This document shows positions 11,231 through 24,500 of a stretch of DNA of 64,000 bases, in pieces (the stretch's first letter is position 1; each line of letters starts with the position of its first letter). The translations under genes were made by a program, and so were the position numbers. This DNA is from Azolla caroliniana (lineage: Eukaryota > Plantae > Polypodiophyta), in assembly GCA_043228905.1 (NCBI GenBank), contig JBHGNT010000003.1, forward strand, positions 21,700,001 through 21,764,000, in the 5' to 3' direction. The notes below the pieces were generated by a model that ran no database searches, was not told where the DNA came from, and saw only the letters and a program-made list of their open reading frames with translations.

Positions 11231-14200
11231 GGTTGGGGTAAAGGCCCTAAATGACGCCCTTATAGTGTGTACATGTGTATAGGCCTATTTATAAAGGCCA
11301 GAAGTCACTTATCATTTTTTTGTTATTATTAGGCCAAGTTTAGTGTGAACTTGGCTGACCTTAAAGGGGTTATATAAAACTTCTTGGGCATCGCAACAGT
11401 TCATAACAAGCTAAAACGGCAAGTTAACCTCTTCACTATGCAACCATGGTGTCATCTTCCTCAAATGTGAAGAATCTACTTGAGATTCGACGATTTGAGG
11501 GAATGGGTTTCGACTTGTGGAAGGAGAAAATGCAAGGAATTCTCTTTCTGAAGGATTGTGACAAGGCATTGGAGGCAGAAAAACCAGAGGACATGTCAAA
11601 AGATGCATGGCAGATTTTGAACAAAAAGGCTGTCACATATATTAAGATGGCTATTTATCATGAGATTTTGGTAGATTTCAAAGGCTTGGTATCTGCTTCC
11701 GAAATATAGGCAAAGCTGAAGGCTAAATATGAAAACTCTACTCTACGCCAGTTAATCAAGTACACCTGATGCGAACGCTTGTTGGCATGCAACTAGATGA
11801 GTCCAAGAGTGCAACTGAACCCTTGTCCTTGTTTACAGGTACCTTATCACAGTTGCAGGACTCAAGAATGGCTCTTGTTGATGACAAGCTCAAAGCCATT
11901 TTCTTGCTTATGACATTACCTAACTCATAGGAGACATTGGTAGTCTCATTGTCTAATAACCCCAACTTGACCTTTGATGGTTTGGGGGTTCCATACTCAA
12001 TGAAGAGATCAAGAGAAAAGCAAGTGGAGAAGATCGCAGCTCAGCCAATATAGTTAGAGGTAGCATAGATACGAGAAGTAATTGTGTACACAAAAACAAA
12101 ACTAAAAGCAAGGAAAGGGGAAATAGCAGCAAAGGTAAAAGCAATGTTGTACATGCTATCAGTGTCGCAGGAAAGGCCACAAGAAACCCGATTGTTGCTA
12201 TTACAAAGCAGAACTTGAAAGAAAGAAGAATTTTGGAGATAAGAAAAAGGACAAGGCTGATGCACAAGACAGCCAAAAGGACAAAGGAAAGGCCAATTTG
12301 GCATCTAATGTATACATAAAGGGGTTGTCAGATGTTGAGGTAATTTTATGTGCTACTTTTTCAACTTATAATACTTAAGCATATGATGCCTCTCTAAATG
12401 TTCATTCACAGGACATGTGCATCATTAAGAATGATCTTATTGATGCTTTTTTGACCGTCAATGATGCATTGGCCCAAACATGGATAACTGATTGTTATGT
12501 TTCATTTCATGTGATTCCTATCAAGGAGTGTTTTTCTACTTTTACTACAGGCAGCCATGGCCATGGCCATGTATACCTTAGAAACAATCATGCATGTTCT
12601 ATTGAGGGTATTGGCACTGTGCATTTTTCTACAATGGCACTAATGAGTTGGTTTTGAATAATGTGTGTTATGTACCAGGGATCAAGAAGAGCTTGCTTTC
12701 TGTGGGTCAAATGGATATGCATGGTTATAGCATTCTCTTTGAGAGAGGATCATGGAAAATGACAAAAGGTTCAAGGCTGATTGTGAAAGGCACAAAGAAG
12801 GGAATTCTTTATTGTTTACAAGGATATGCTATATCATGCAAGTTTATTTCTTTGGCTGAAGTTCACTCCCATATGGAGTTGTGGCATAATAGACTTGGCC
12901 ATATGAGCCAAAAGGGTCTCACTAGGCTTTGTCATCTAAAGAAGCTTGATGTTAAAGGTACAAAGCTTGATTTTTGTAATGAGTGCCAATATGGAAAGCA
13001 TGTGACGCATTCCTTTTACTCTAGTGTGTCTCGTAAGTCTTATGTATTTGATCTTGTTCATTCTGATGTGTGTAGCATGCCCACCAAATCTATGGGGGGT
13101 GTTATGTATTTTATTTCATTTGTTGATAATTTCTCTAGAAAAATTTGGGTTCAATTGATTAAATCTAAAGATGAAGCCTTTGCTGCATTTTAAGTGTTTT
13201 CATGCATTTGTGACTACCCAAACAGGCACAAAACTGAAACGTTTTGGACAATAATGGTGAGCATACAAGTGCTCTGACTTCAAGAAATATTGTGAAATTT
13301 TGGGTATTACAAGGGAGCTTATTGTTTCATACAGCCCCTCTTCTAATGGTGTGGCTGAATGATATAATAGGACACTTTGTGAGAGGGTGAGATGCATGTT
13401 GTCCACCGCTAATCTCCCTCATGGATTTTGGGGAGAGGCACTCAAAATCGCAGTACATGTATGCAATAGATCCCCTCACATGTCTTTAAAAGGTGACATC
13501 CCTGAAGAGGTTTGGTTGGCAAACCTACTTCATAGGACCACTTACGTATCTTCATATAAGGCCTGAGCTGAGAAACAAACTTGATGCCAAGTCCATTAAT
13601 GGCCTCTTCATGGGATATGGCGAAGATGGCAAAATGGGCTACAGGATTTGGATACCCCAGCTCAAGAAGGTTATACGCGGGATGTTGTTTTCAATGAGGC
13701 AAGGCTGCTTCAAAACAATTGTGCCTCAAAAGATGACCATAAAAGGGTTAGATTTTAGCATGAGCAGCCACCTGTTAGACCCCGTTTTGACCATCAGGAT
13801 GCACCACAAAGGACTTAAATTATTGATCATCCAGTGGTTTTGGAGCTAGAAGATGTTGGACAGCAAGATGAGGATCCTGAGGGGAATATGCAGCCAAATA
13901 ATAATGCTGAAAATAATGGACAGCAGCCTAATAATGATGATCTCGACATACCACCTGATGCAGACCCATTGCCTAACAATGTGGATCATTGGGTGAGACG
14001 TTCTACTCGTATTAGATGAAATGTGAGCAAATTTGACCCCTCGCTGCACTACATAATGTTGACTGATGAGGGAGAACCTCGTACATATAGACAGGAAAAG
14101 GCATGTGAGCACAGCAATAAGTGGGAGCTTGCTATGTAGGAAGAGATTAAGGCTTTGCATTCAAATAATACTTGGGACTTGGTTGAACTGCCCAAAGGAA

Positions 14201-15800
14201 GGAAAGCTATTCCTAACAAATGGGCACATAAAATCAAGACGGTTAATGATAAACCCAAGTATAAAGCAAGGCTGGTTGCAAAAGGATATGCTCAAACTAA
14301 GGGCATGGATTTCCAGGAAGTGTTTTCTCCTGTGGTAAAAATGACCACTTTGCAAGTGCTATTTGCTACAGTGGCTGCACTTGATTTGGAATTAGACCAA
14401 ATGGATGTACATACAGCCTTTTTGCATGGTGGCATTGATGAAGAGCTTTACATGAAACAGCCTGAGGGCTTTGTTATTCCTAGAAAGGAACATTTGGTAT
14501 GTAAGCTCAATACAAGCTTGTATCACGCTTCTAGACAATGGTACAAAAATTTTGAAGCTTTTATGCTCAAGCATGGGTACAAAAGAAGCCATGCTGATCA
14601 TTGTTTGTACATTAAAAGAGATGAAAATGGCAGCTCAATCATTCTTGTACTATATGCAGATGATATGCTCATTGCTACCAAGAAAAGGAGCATTGTTGAT
14701 GTCCTTAAAAAGCAGCTGTAATCTACATTTTCAATGAAACACCTTGGGGGAGCTCAACATTGTATTTATCTCAGGAAAAATACATTGAAAATGTGCTGGA
14801 CAGATATTGTATGGCTGATGCAAAGCCTCTTGGAGTGTTATTACAGCCAAATGAAAAAATCTATAAGGAAGATTGTCCTAAGACACAAGAAGTAATCAAT
14901 GGCATGCAAGGTGTACCTTATGCTTCAGCTTGTGGTTCACTTATGTATGTTATGGTTGCTACTAGACCTGATATTGCCTATGCAATGGGAGTTGTAAGCT
15001 GATTCATGGCTAATCCAGGCAAGGCACATTGGAATGAAGTAAAGTCCATTATGAGGTACTTAGAAGGGACTAAAAATAAATGTCTCTATTACGGAAAAGA
15101 CCCATTAGAGCTGAAGAGTTTCTATTACTCGACATGGCAGATGATCTGGATACAGAGAAATCCACAAGTGGCTATGTATTCACACTTGCAGGTGGTGTTG
15201 TATCATGGTGTGATAGGCTGCAAAAGGTTGTTGCTTTTTCCACTACTGAGGCTGAATATATTTCGGTCATTGAGGCTTCCAAGGAAGCAATATGGTTAGA
15301 AGTCTTTGCAGTGAGTTTGGTTTGCCTGAAAAGGCATCTATGCTTGGTTGTGATAGCCAAAGTGCCATCTGTTTGGCAAAGAATGCTATGTTTCTTGCAC
15401 GCACAAAACATATTGATGTGCAATATCACTTCATTCGAGAAGTGCTTGAAGTTGGCCTTATCACATTGCTAAAGGTCCACACATCATAAAACCTTGTTGA
15501 TGTGCTTACCCAAAGCACAACATCAGATATGTATACAGATGGTGGGAGTTACGTAGCTTAAAGGCGTCATTTATGCTTTGAAGTGGGAGGTTGTTGGGGT
15601 AAAGGCCCTAAATGACCCCCTTATAGTGTGTACATGTGTATAGGCCTATTTATAAAGGCCAGAAGTCACTTATCACTTTTTCGTTATTTTTGGGCCAAGT
15701 TAAGTGTGAACTTGGGCAACCCTAAAAGGGTCATATAAAACACAAGTTAAGATCTTTTGGATCTCACTTCAAAATGTGAGCTCCTTCAATTGTCTCTCTC
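11231..15800 (+). mobile_element. Decayed Ty1/copia (Tnt1-like) LTR retrotransposon
   Basis: LTR homology at 11231-11380 and 15592-15741, with PPT GAAGTGGGAGG before the 3' LTR. Gag starts at 11446 (FDLWKEKMQ); protease (WITDC), integrase (LWHNRLGH, LVHSDVC), RT (YKARLVAKGY, QMDVHTAFLHG, LYADDML) and RNase H (STTEAEY, TKHIDVQYHFIRE) follow in copia order with many stops and frameshifts. The 3' end is approximate. Confidence 0.93.
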
Positions 15801-15849
15801 TCTATCTATCTTTTCAGCCATCACTCTACTTGAGTGACTTCTAAGTGTT

Positions 15850-16560
15850 CCTCAACCCTATTAACATCATTCCTGACCCTTTCATCACCTACCTCAATCT
15901 CTAACTGATGTGATGAAGTTTGCAACTACCCTATCACACTGCGCAACGCATAAGATAGATGTATGTTCATCTAAGGTGACCCAATGATGAATCCATCCTC
16001 CGATGTCTGTAAAAAGTGTCTTGTAGTGGGCCATCTTTGTACTAAGTGATATTTTGGGGCTGATTCATGTTATCTTGTTTTCCAAGTTAATAATATTAGT
16101 TCGGATCACTCTATTCTTTTCCACTTTGATCATATTTAGATGGGGGCAATCCAAGCTATATTGGAACGGGGATAGTGCATTTATACTTATGCCATGTGAC
16201 TCGAACCATTGCTGCATTTTAGCATAGCAACAATGAATGTCTCCATTTTCAGCCAGTTGTCTTGATGACATAAGTGCTAACCTTGGGTACCTTTGTTTAG
16301 GGAGCTCCCAAAGACATTGGATACAGGTCACTGATCAGAACAATGCATCGGTGATTATAGGTGCTGCTCCCATCTCTGCCTGGATTATATCATGGGGCAC
16401 CGATGCTTTGCTCCTTATCATGCAGGCAATCATTGACACTAAGGTCTCTCTAAATCTTTCCAATGATTTGCCTTGCTAAGACTCAGTCCCCACATTTCTA
16501 CTCCATAGAGAAGAGTTGGTGTGACAAATAATCACAGCTTAGTTTGTGGCTCTTGGAACT
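15850..16560 (-). mobile_element. Decayed LINE (RTE-like) ORF2 C-terminal fragment
   Basis: Minus-strand translations KASVPHDIIQAEMGAAPI and TSSHQLEIEVG resemble the post-RT region and the SSHxLxIExGR motif of LINE ORF2. Confidence 0.55.
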
Positions 16561-17496
16561 GCAAACGATTAAAAAAAGAGGGGGAGAAGGAAAAGAAAGA
16601 AGAAAAGAAAATGGTAGTGAAAGGAAGAAAAGAGCTGACCTTAATATGTGGGATAAATGTGTGTTTTAACGATCGGAGAGGGAGTAATGAGGGAACCTAA
16701 CTGACCTATAAAAGAGCGCTCTTAGAATTTCTTTTTCTTTTTCTTTTTATAACAACAAGAGAGCTTGTAGAAAAGAGTGAACAAAATATCGGCCTGGTGA
16801 CAGTTGGCAAAGGTGGACAGGACATTGAGGGCTCACAGAGGCTAAAAAACCAGGGACCTAGTGAGGGTTGTATGGAGGCACTCAAGTCATTGGCCCCACG
16901 ATGGTTACAGAGATAGTCAAGATCATCAGCCTGGTGCTGATTCACATAGGTAGTCCAGACATTTGCAGTCCACACATCAGTTTATTGAAGGCTCGTGGAG
17001 GCAATTGAAACAACCACCCATTGAAGATTCAGAGTCAAACACGTTATCAGCCTGATGAGGGTGGATTAATTTGTCACGGAATATGGGGAGGACTGCAGAG
17101 AAGTTACCTGCAAAGAGGGAAATCAGGATGAAAGGATGATCGAAAGATTGGATGAAAGGACGAGAAACAAGCAATGAGAAACAAGCAATAGATGAAGGAT
17201 GAAAACTCAAGAGACGACATGAGTGAGGTGAGGGAAGAACGAGATATGAGTCCAGAGACTAGCAACGAGAGACAAGCAAGACGAAAGTCATGAGACGAGT
17301 GATGAGCGATGAGAAAGATGAGAGTCGAGAACCGACAAATGAGCACGATGACAGTCAAGAGATGGAGGTGAGAGAGGTGAACTATACTAATTCGAAATAA
17401 TAATGATAAGAAACAAATATTAACAAAAATGGTTTAAGGGTGCTTAACCACAATGACCACCCCTGACCAACAAGAAGAATGGCGCTTCATTTTCAT

Positions 17497-20400
17497 TTAA
17501 ACAGAATTAAACATAAAATCCATCATCCAATCACCTTTCTTGTTTTGACCAAATAGAAGGTTTGGACTGTAAGCTTGCTCATTACCAGCCTTCACACGCT
17601 TTGGTCCAACCTATACAGTATGGCATTATAAAAACAAGATATCAATATTTGAGTTGTCTGCATTAGAGAAATTGGCATAACTGTGAATAGATCATTTTCA
17701 TCTCTTATAATGGTCATCATATGTATGAGAAAATAAATGCTGTTCCCTTTGAAAACTGCTAACAACTAAACAGGAGTTGTTATTCCCTTGTATTGAAATG
17801 TGTATGTTCATAATTACTAGACAATTGAAAAATATTCTTGATAAACCATCCTTACAATTGATATTAAATATTTCTATGATATTAGACCTTGGTATTTCAA
17901 AACTGTGTATTATTTTCTAAGAGGAATATATAGACACAAGAACATCTTTGGAAAGCTTTCATGAAAGCTAAATGAGAGGATAAAAGAATTTGAAGTTTAA
18001 AACTGTGCTTTCTTTTACTTTATGTATTTCTACAAGGTAGAGCAGTTTTTTTGTCTATTTAACTTAAGTTACTTGATCTCTCAAATAGATTTCTGAAGGC
18101 TAAAATCCTCACAACATTTTACAAAAAGGAAGAAGATTGCATCACATTGTGCGTTGCATTTAAGACCTTTTAATTAGATCAAGAAATATAGAATGGTTAA
18201 TACCTTATTAATAATCGCATACCCTGCTGATGGTAGATATTGAAACACATAGAGGAGAAGCAAAATAGGCTGCAAATTTACGATTGCAACTTACCATCAG
18301 ACAAGGAAACACTTTGTTTGAGCCAAACTATTCAAATTTCAGTGTCAACTTACATGATAACTGATCCATGCCTCTTTCAGTCCATGTGCTGCTGCAATAA
18401 CTATTAGCTCAGCACATCTCGAAACCGGCAGTCTTCGCTGAAAGTACGTAAAATTTGAGTATTCCTCTTAGCACCAGCATATACCATATTTATCAAGTGT
18501 TTCAGAAATAATACCTCCAAACTCCTAGCTGACGATCCTTCAACTGAAGATGTCTCAATAGGACCAGGACAAACCACTGTCACTTTAATATTTTTGTCTG
18601 CAAGCTAGTCCATTCATAATATTCATTAACAAAATTAGGATGTGAGAAACAGACCAAAATGAGAGTTAGAGAATTATGCAATTAAACAGGGAGAGAAAAT
18701 ACATCTAGCAGAGAATTCAAGGCATTAAGTAGTAGCAACCACAGGCAGAAAAAACCACAAGCACGATTTAAGTAATAAAAGTATAAGCCTACACTTCAGA
18801 GAAGTCCATCTTAATTCTCAGCGTGTTTAAAGTTTGTCAACCGCACATGCATAGTATGAACTATACCCTATCGCATCACTATCCACATATTCAATGTACT
18901 AAAAGTAAGCTACATATCATATAACAATATTCAAGTCAAGCAATGCTAAATACATAAAGCGCAGCATTCAGTTTCTATTACTTCTACAGAGAGTGATGGG
19001 TTGACTTTGTCAGGAGAAAATCTGCTAGAAAATAAATACTAAAGTGAGGTTACTTCAGCCAATAACCAGGTGGTTAAGGCCTCTCTTATATAGGTGCCTG
19101 GCCTAGTGCATGGGTGAGGCTTGTATGTCACTTGGCAGAAGCCTATCCCATGCTCCAGACCCTTCACTAATTTTCCTAAACCACATCAATCATGTGCATA
19201 TTTATTAGTGTAGATCAGTATAACAAACTAGCACATCGTACACCTAGTAATGGCTCTGCCTGTGGGCATTTTGAGGCCTCAATATCGTGCTTCAAAACAT
19301 ATCCCCCCTAGAACGTCCATGAAACTCCCCAAAACAGGGGGGATCAAGTTGTTGCTTTGTTTTATCGAGCTTCTTCAATCGACTGCAATGAAACACGAAG
19401 AACCTTAGAAGCCTCTTCTAGCAAATTTCGCCACTACACGAGATTTGGACCGTTGATGAGAAGAGGAATTCTCAAGAAATCATAATATCTGACTTACCCA
19501 CAAGAAACTGCAACTCTACTGTGGCACAGCAAGCAGGCAAGCAAGTTGCTTTAAGGTTGTTTCAACCTTGCCTGTTTAACATTGATGCATCCATATGCTG
19601 TTTCTCAAAGTTCACTAAGCATCTTTCCGGATTGGCATAAGCCTATGTGCGATGTTGGGCACTACACATTTTTACTGAGCTACTTTGAGAATACACACGT
19701 CCTCAAAAGCCTTTCACACCTTGCAGTTTCTCATTCTGCAAACTTCGAGTCCTGGCTCTGATACCAATATTCGAAACTGATGGTCACAGGAAGGTTACTC
19801 TACCCAACCAGTGACTAGCTAGAGGGGGATAGATACCTCTCTTATGGCTCACCTAGTGCTTGGGTGTGGATGAAATCTGTCCACAACTTAGTGGAAGCCT
19901 ACTGTAGACCTAAGACTCTGCCTTCGCAATCACCCTGAACTTCATCATTCATGTGCACACCTGTACTAGCACACATTTACAACAAACCAGCACCTCATAC
20001 ACTTGGTGACGGCAGTCTGCGGGCATTTCGACCAACTACAGACCACAACATCTTGATTCCTAACAGAGACTAGCACTGACTACATCAAAGGTTTATAGAA
20101 GAAATATATAACCTGTACAAGCATACAGTCTTACATATATATTATAGAAATGTATGTATGCAGGAAATGTTTATAAGAAATACATAATATGTAGCAGCAT
20201 ACGTGTGCACATACACACATGCATATACTCATAGATATGTATGTTCATATGTAAAAAATACATTGTTAACATTGTGTACCAATTATTCAAAGATCATCAA
20301 TCTGAATGAAGAAGCCAAACAATACAAAAAAACCAAAACATGGGCCTTGAAGATGTTATTGTGACTATTCTATCGAGAAGTTAATGGTGAGGAGATGGTG

Positions 20401-23400
20401 GATGAAAACCTCAGCTCTAAGAGAGTGAAAATATCCATTCACAGCATGCTTTGAGGCCGCATATACTGTTTGTGCAGGCGATGGAATCTTTCCAGCAACA
20501 CTACTCACCTGTTAGAAGTGAAATATTCAAGTTAGAGCCGCTTCCAGAGGAATTTATTAGCTTTTTCTTAAGATTTTAAAATCTATGGTCACATATGTTT
20601 TCATGTCTTAATAGTTCCTCCAAGTCACAATTCTTATGTTACATCTTGAAGTCACAAAGAAGTAACACATTTACATTGAGAATAGAGGGCATACCAAGAC
20701 AATATTTCCACCACCTCTTTTAATCATTGATGGAGCAATTAAACGTGTGAGCCGAATCGGTCCCATCACGTTTGTATCAAAAGTAGCCTGTCTTAAAAGA
20801 AACCAAAGTATTTTTATGTGTATATTACATAGTTAAGAATTTACAATATTCCTTAAGGTAAACTTCCTTCACTGTGTGCCTTTAAAATGAAAATACCTTC
20901 AATAGATCATCAGTTGCATCCAATGCTGCCATTTTCTACAGGGGAAGGAGAAAAATTTAGTTTCAGCTCCTCAAGAAAAACAAATTAAATAAAGACAAGA
21001 CAAGGATATCCATTTTATCATGCATACATAATAAACATATTCTCAGTCCTAAGTGAGTAAAGTCACATTCCATTCAATATTAATCTATGAAGTACTTTTG
21101 AACAATATTAGGAACGGGGAGTATACTTACTGGCCGTGCATAAGCAGCATTGTGCACAATATAATCGATTCCTCCAAAAACGCCTTCTGCACTTGAAACT
21201 ACTTTTTCAAGCTCCTTAGTAGGTAAAGATATATCAAAAGGTAGAACCATTACTCCATCTGCAGCATTTGGACCTGAAAAAAACACTTTCTATAAATTAA
21301 ATAGATCTGTCCGATCATTATTTCCAGTCCTGATAATGGAAAAAAGCTTCTCCACTTCGATTAAATCTAAACTTTCATACTACGACAATTTTGCCTGTTC
21401 ACCATTTCTTCAAATTTGAAACTATTTTTGTACTATGATAAATTTACTTTTGAAATCTAAACTTCTATATTATGATAAATTTACTTATTCACCATTTCTT
21501 TGAAAATATGAACTATTTTCATGTTATTAAAAACTAACCTGATAGAGAAACTTTTACACGTTCAAGTTCCTCTACTCTCCTGGAGGAGAGAATCAACTTC
21601 GCACCCAGTTGTGCAAATTGTTTTGCAAGAGCTTCACCTGTATTAGTTTAAACATTGACGTGTTTGTGCTTCTTTCCTTTAACTAAATTCAATAAACATT
21701 ATTAAATGGATCATTTTCTCTCTTTAGTCCAATGAGGTCATTCTAATGGCAAACTTCAGTTTCTGTGTCTAAAATTACCCATTATTATTATTTGCCTTGT
21801 TATGGTGAGAAAGATAAATTCTAACATTTTTAAAAATGCTTTTGTCTAATAGTTTAGTTTCACGTTTCTTGCATGTTACTACATGTTTTTCTTTCTTTCT
21901 ATTATGCCCCTAGATATTGGACCTTGAGCAATTAGATATGGCAAACATGACAGCAAAGAAGATGACAATTCTGGTGAGAAAAGGCGAAGTGTGCATTAAG
22001 TTGTGAAATGTGATCCTAAAGAGGCAGGATCATTGCAACCATGAGTCCCTTCTTCCACAAACACACGTCTTTAATGTCGATTCGTAATCTAACATATGAA
22101 CTCTTGATATTTTTCTGATTTGACAGTATATTCCTTCATACAATGATCCCATTACATGATGACTCATGAACAAGTAAGGATACATATCCAGCACGCAAAA
22201 AATGTACTGGGACCGAAGTGCAAAACTGATATAGAGTTGATTGACTCTCAACTACACTTGTTCAGTGTAAAGATTGTGGGGCAGATGTAAATATATTTCT
22301 GAAAACCACCAAATACACGAATCCACATGCAACTATGTCATACCATATGACATGTTCGCAGACACATATTGGAAGACATATAATACAAAGTTGTCATGAA
22401 ATTACTAATCATTGAGGAGGCACCTACACAGTTACAAAATCAATAAGGAAAAGAAAGAAACTAGCTTTGAGGTTTCAAAACAAAAAGAGAAAATGGAATG
22501 GAAAAATACAAAAAAGTCATTTACGATTTTAGTAAATATAATGCTATTTCCATGAATGAGCTGAAAGAAATAAAAAGTTTCAAATTTGGGAAACAAAAAG
22601 AGAAAACGATCAACCTTACTCTATGAGATGTCTATACACATTCATGAGTAAGCAAAAACACGTATATGGCATCACTTACCAATACCTTGACTCGCTCCAG
22701 TAATCCATACAACCTAAAAGAGAGAGAAGAGAACTTAATTCTGAAATTCTCTTCCAACCAGCTAGAACATTCACTTCTAGCTAAGATAAAAGCAAGAAAA
22801 ACGAATGGCGACTCCACTTTCACTTCCAAAATCACAAAATAATATTCATTTTCGTCTCTTAAGATTTCACTTCTGAAAACAGGCAAACAAGATGTTATTC
22901 ATTTCTTAATATTTTATGTCTAAAGCCTACAACAAAGATGTATTCATTTCTTCGGGCTTTACTTCTAAAACAAATAAACAAGATTTTATTCGTTTCTCAA
23001 AAAATTTCATTCCTAAAAATAGAATAAATTTTAGAGGGGGTTTCGACTAGATCTCACTCCTAACAGCATTGAATATCGCAAGATAGGAAAAATGGAAAAA
23101 CTGAATATACAAACCTGACATGATAATCTAGAGAAATAAAGAAGGAAGAATGAAAGAAAAGCAAGTACCTTGTTTTTGAAAGCATCAGGAGGTGCTGGAC
23201 CTTTAAGAAGCAACGTTAGATCACCTGGAATTTATTTATTTTAAATCCATAGCTGAAATTAACCAGAAAAAAGAAAAAAAACAACAAAGAGAAAGAAAGA
23301 AGAAATTGGTGAGGAGGAAAACCATCAGATATAAAGAAGCGATAGGCAATCATGAGCCATGAGGCCACAGCAAACGCGATAAGCAACGCCGTCGTCGTGG

Positions 23401-23407
23401 TCACCAT
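17497..23407 (-). CDS. DHRS7: Short-chain dehydrogenase/reductase, DHRS7-like, 12 exons, ~333 aa
   Basis: Exons with GT-AG boundaries and consistent frame: 23407-23323, 23224-23169, 22713-22680, 21637-21539, 21273-21131, 20935-20897, 20787-20695, 20508-20410, 18604-18515, 18437-18354, 18269-18204, 17610-17497. Motifs: N-terminal signal anchor, VVWITGASQGIG, HNAA, VSSVAG, catalytic YAASK and VCPGPIET. Confidence 0.92.
19023..20065 (-). mobile_element. Old TRIM-like mini LTR element inside SDR intron 8
   Basis: Diverged direct repeats at ~19023-19299 and ~19768-20065, tRNA-iMet PBS TGGTATCAGAGCC (19766-19754) next to the right repeat and PPT TAGGGGGGA (~19310-19302) next to the left. The ~450-bp interior is non-coding. 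No TSD found. Confidence 0.7.
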
Positions 23408-23509
23408 GATGATGGTGTGCACTGTGGGGAATATGTGGCGATAACCTGGGGAGAGGCTCAAATTGGGGCCTTTTCTGTAAATAAAAGAAACCTATATCAG
23501 AGTGAGAAG

Positions 23510-23818
23510 GTCCAAACCGAACCGTTTAACCATTTTAACCGTAAAAACCGCGCTCTCGCGGTTCGGTTTCGATTTTCAACAATAGGTCAATTTTAAATTT
23601 TTTATTTTTAAATTTTTTTTAATTTATAATATTTCATTTTTTAAAATTTTTAAAATTTTTAAGATGTTCCTAATATTTGAGAATAAGGTCTAAAAATGAA
23701 AATATTGTTTAAAAATAAATTTTTGAATTTTTTACTAATTTTTTAAAAAATAAAAAATCGTTAAAATGTTTGAACCGCGGTTTCGCGGTTCGGTTCGGTT
23801 CACCGTTGCCTATTGTTA
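23510..23818. mobile_element. AACCG/CGGTT-rich MITE-like DNA element immediately upstream of the SDR gene
   Basis: Arrays of AAACCG and CGGTT flank an AT-rich core and end CCGTTGCCTATTGTTA. Homologous to 57605-58014. Confidence 0.75.
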
Positions 23819-23879
23819 GTCTTGCCCCTTGACCTCTTCTCTCTATATATGATCTAATATGCATTGATCAATTAAAACA

Positions 23880-24500
23880 AATGGTCGTCGCGAAGTTTGC
23901 AAAAGAAGAAAGGGTGTTGGACAAAGTTTGCCATTGGGAATGTAGTCGGCCATTCTTTTGTTGTTTGCAAATGATGTGATGCTTTAGGAGATGTACAAAA
24001 AAAAGGTTATGAGAACATTATAAGAGTTTTTGCATGCATACTAGGTCGAAGTGTCAATAGCTCTACATTAAAGAGTATGCTTGTGAGGAGAGAGCCAAAA
24101 TAAGGATCAATTGTACATTATGTACACTAATGAGCCACTTCAAACTATGGAGGGCTTAAAATATCTTGGCCTTGAACTTCTTTTAGTTTATAGGTGGAGT
24201 AAATGGGAGCTTATTATGCATTCGAGAATATATCCAACTATCGAGAAATTAGTTGTTGGGTCCCCAAGATATACCATTTCGACACTTTGGTGACATTGGG
24301 TGCTTCTCTAAGTATGAGGCAGTATAAGCATTCCTAAGTCAACTTGAAAATAGCTTGAAATTGTCCCAAAACATTTTCTTACAAAGTTTCTCTATGTCAA
24401 AAAGCAAATATCATACACCCTCCTACTTCTTGAGAAGGGTCAATTCCCATTAAGATCATGTCCATGAAAGGGGTTGTCAAATACATGCTAAATGTTTAAA
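23880..24500 (+). mobile_element. Highly decayed LINE RT fragment
   Basis: Translations ILLLFANDVM (LLFADD-like) and GLKYLGL (KYLG) occur in the expected order. Confidence 0.45.

Noticed and set aside
16700-17380. Possible spliced gene on the minus strand downstream of the SDR
   Set aside because: Splice-like signals are present, but frames contain stops and no recognisable protein. It is likely transposon-derived.
5369-23407. CYP86 plus SDR as a biosynthetic gene cluster
   Set aside because: The SDR is a DHRS7-type conserved gene, no scaffold-forming enzyme is present, and proximity alone is not evidence.
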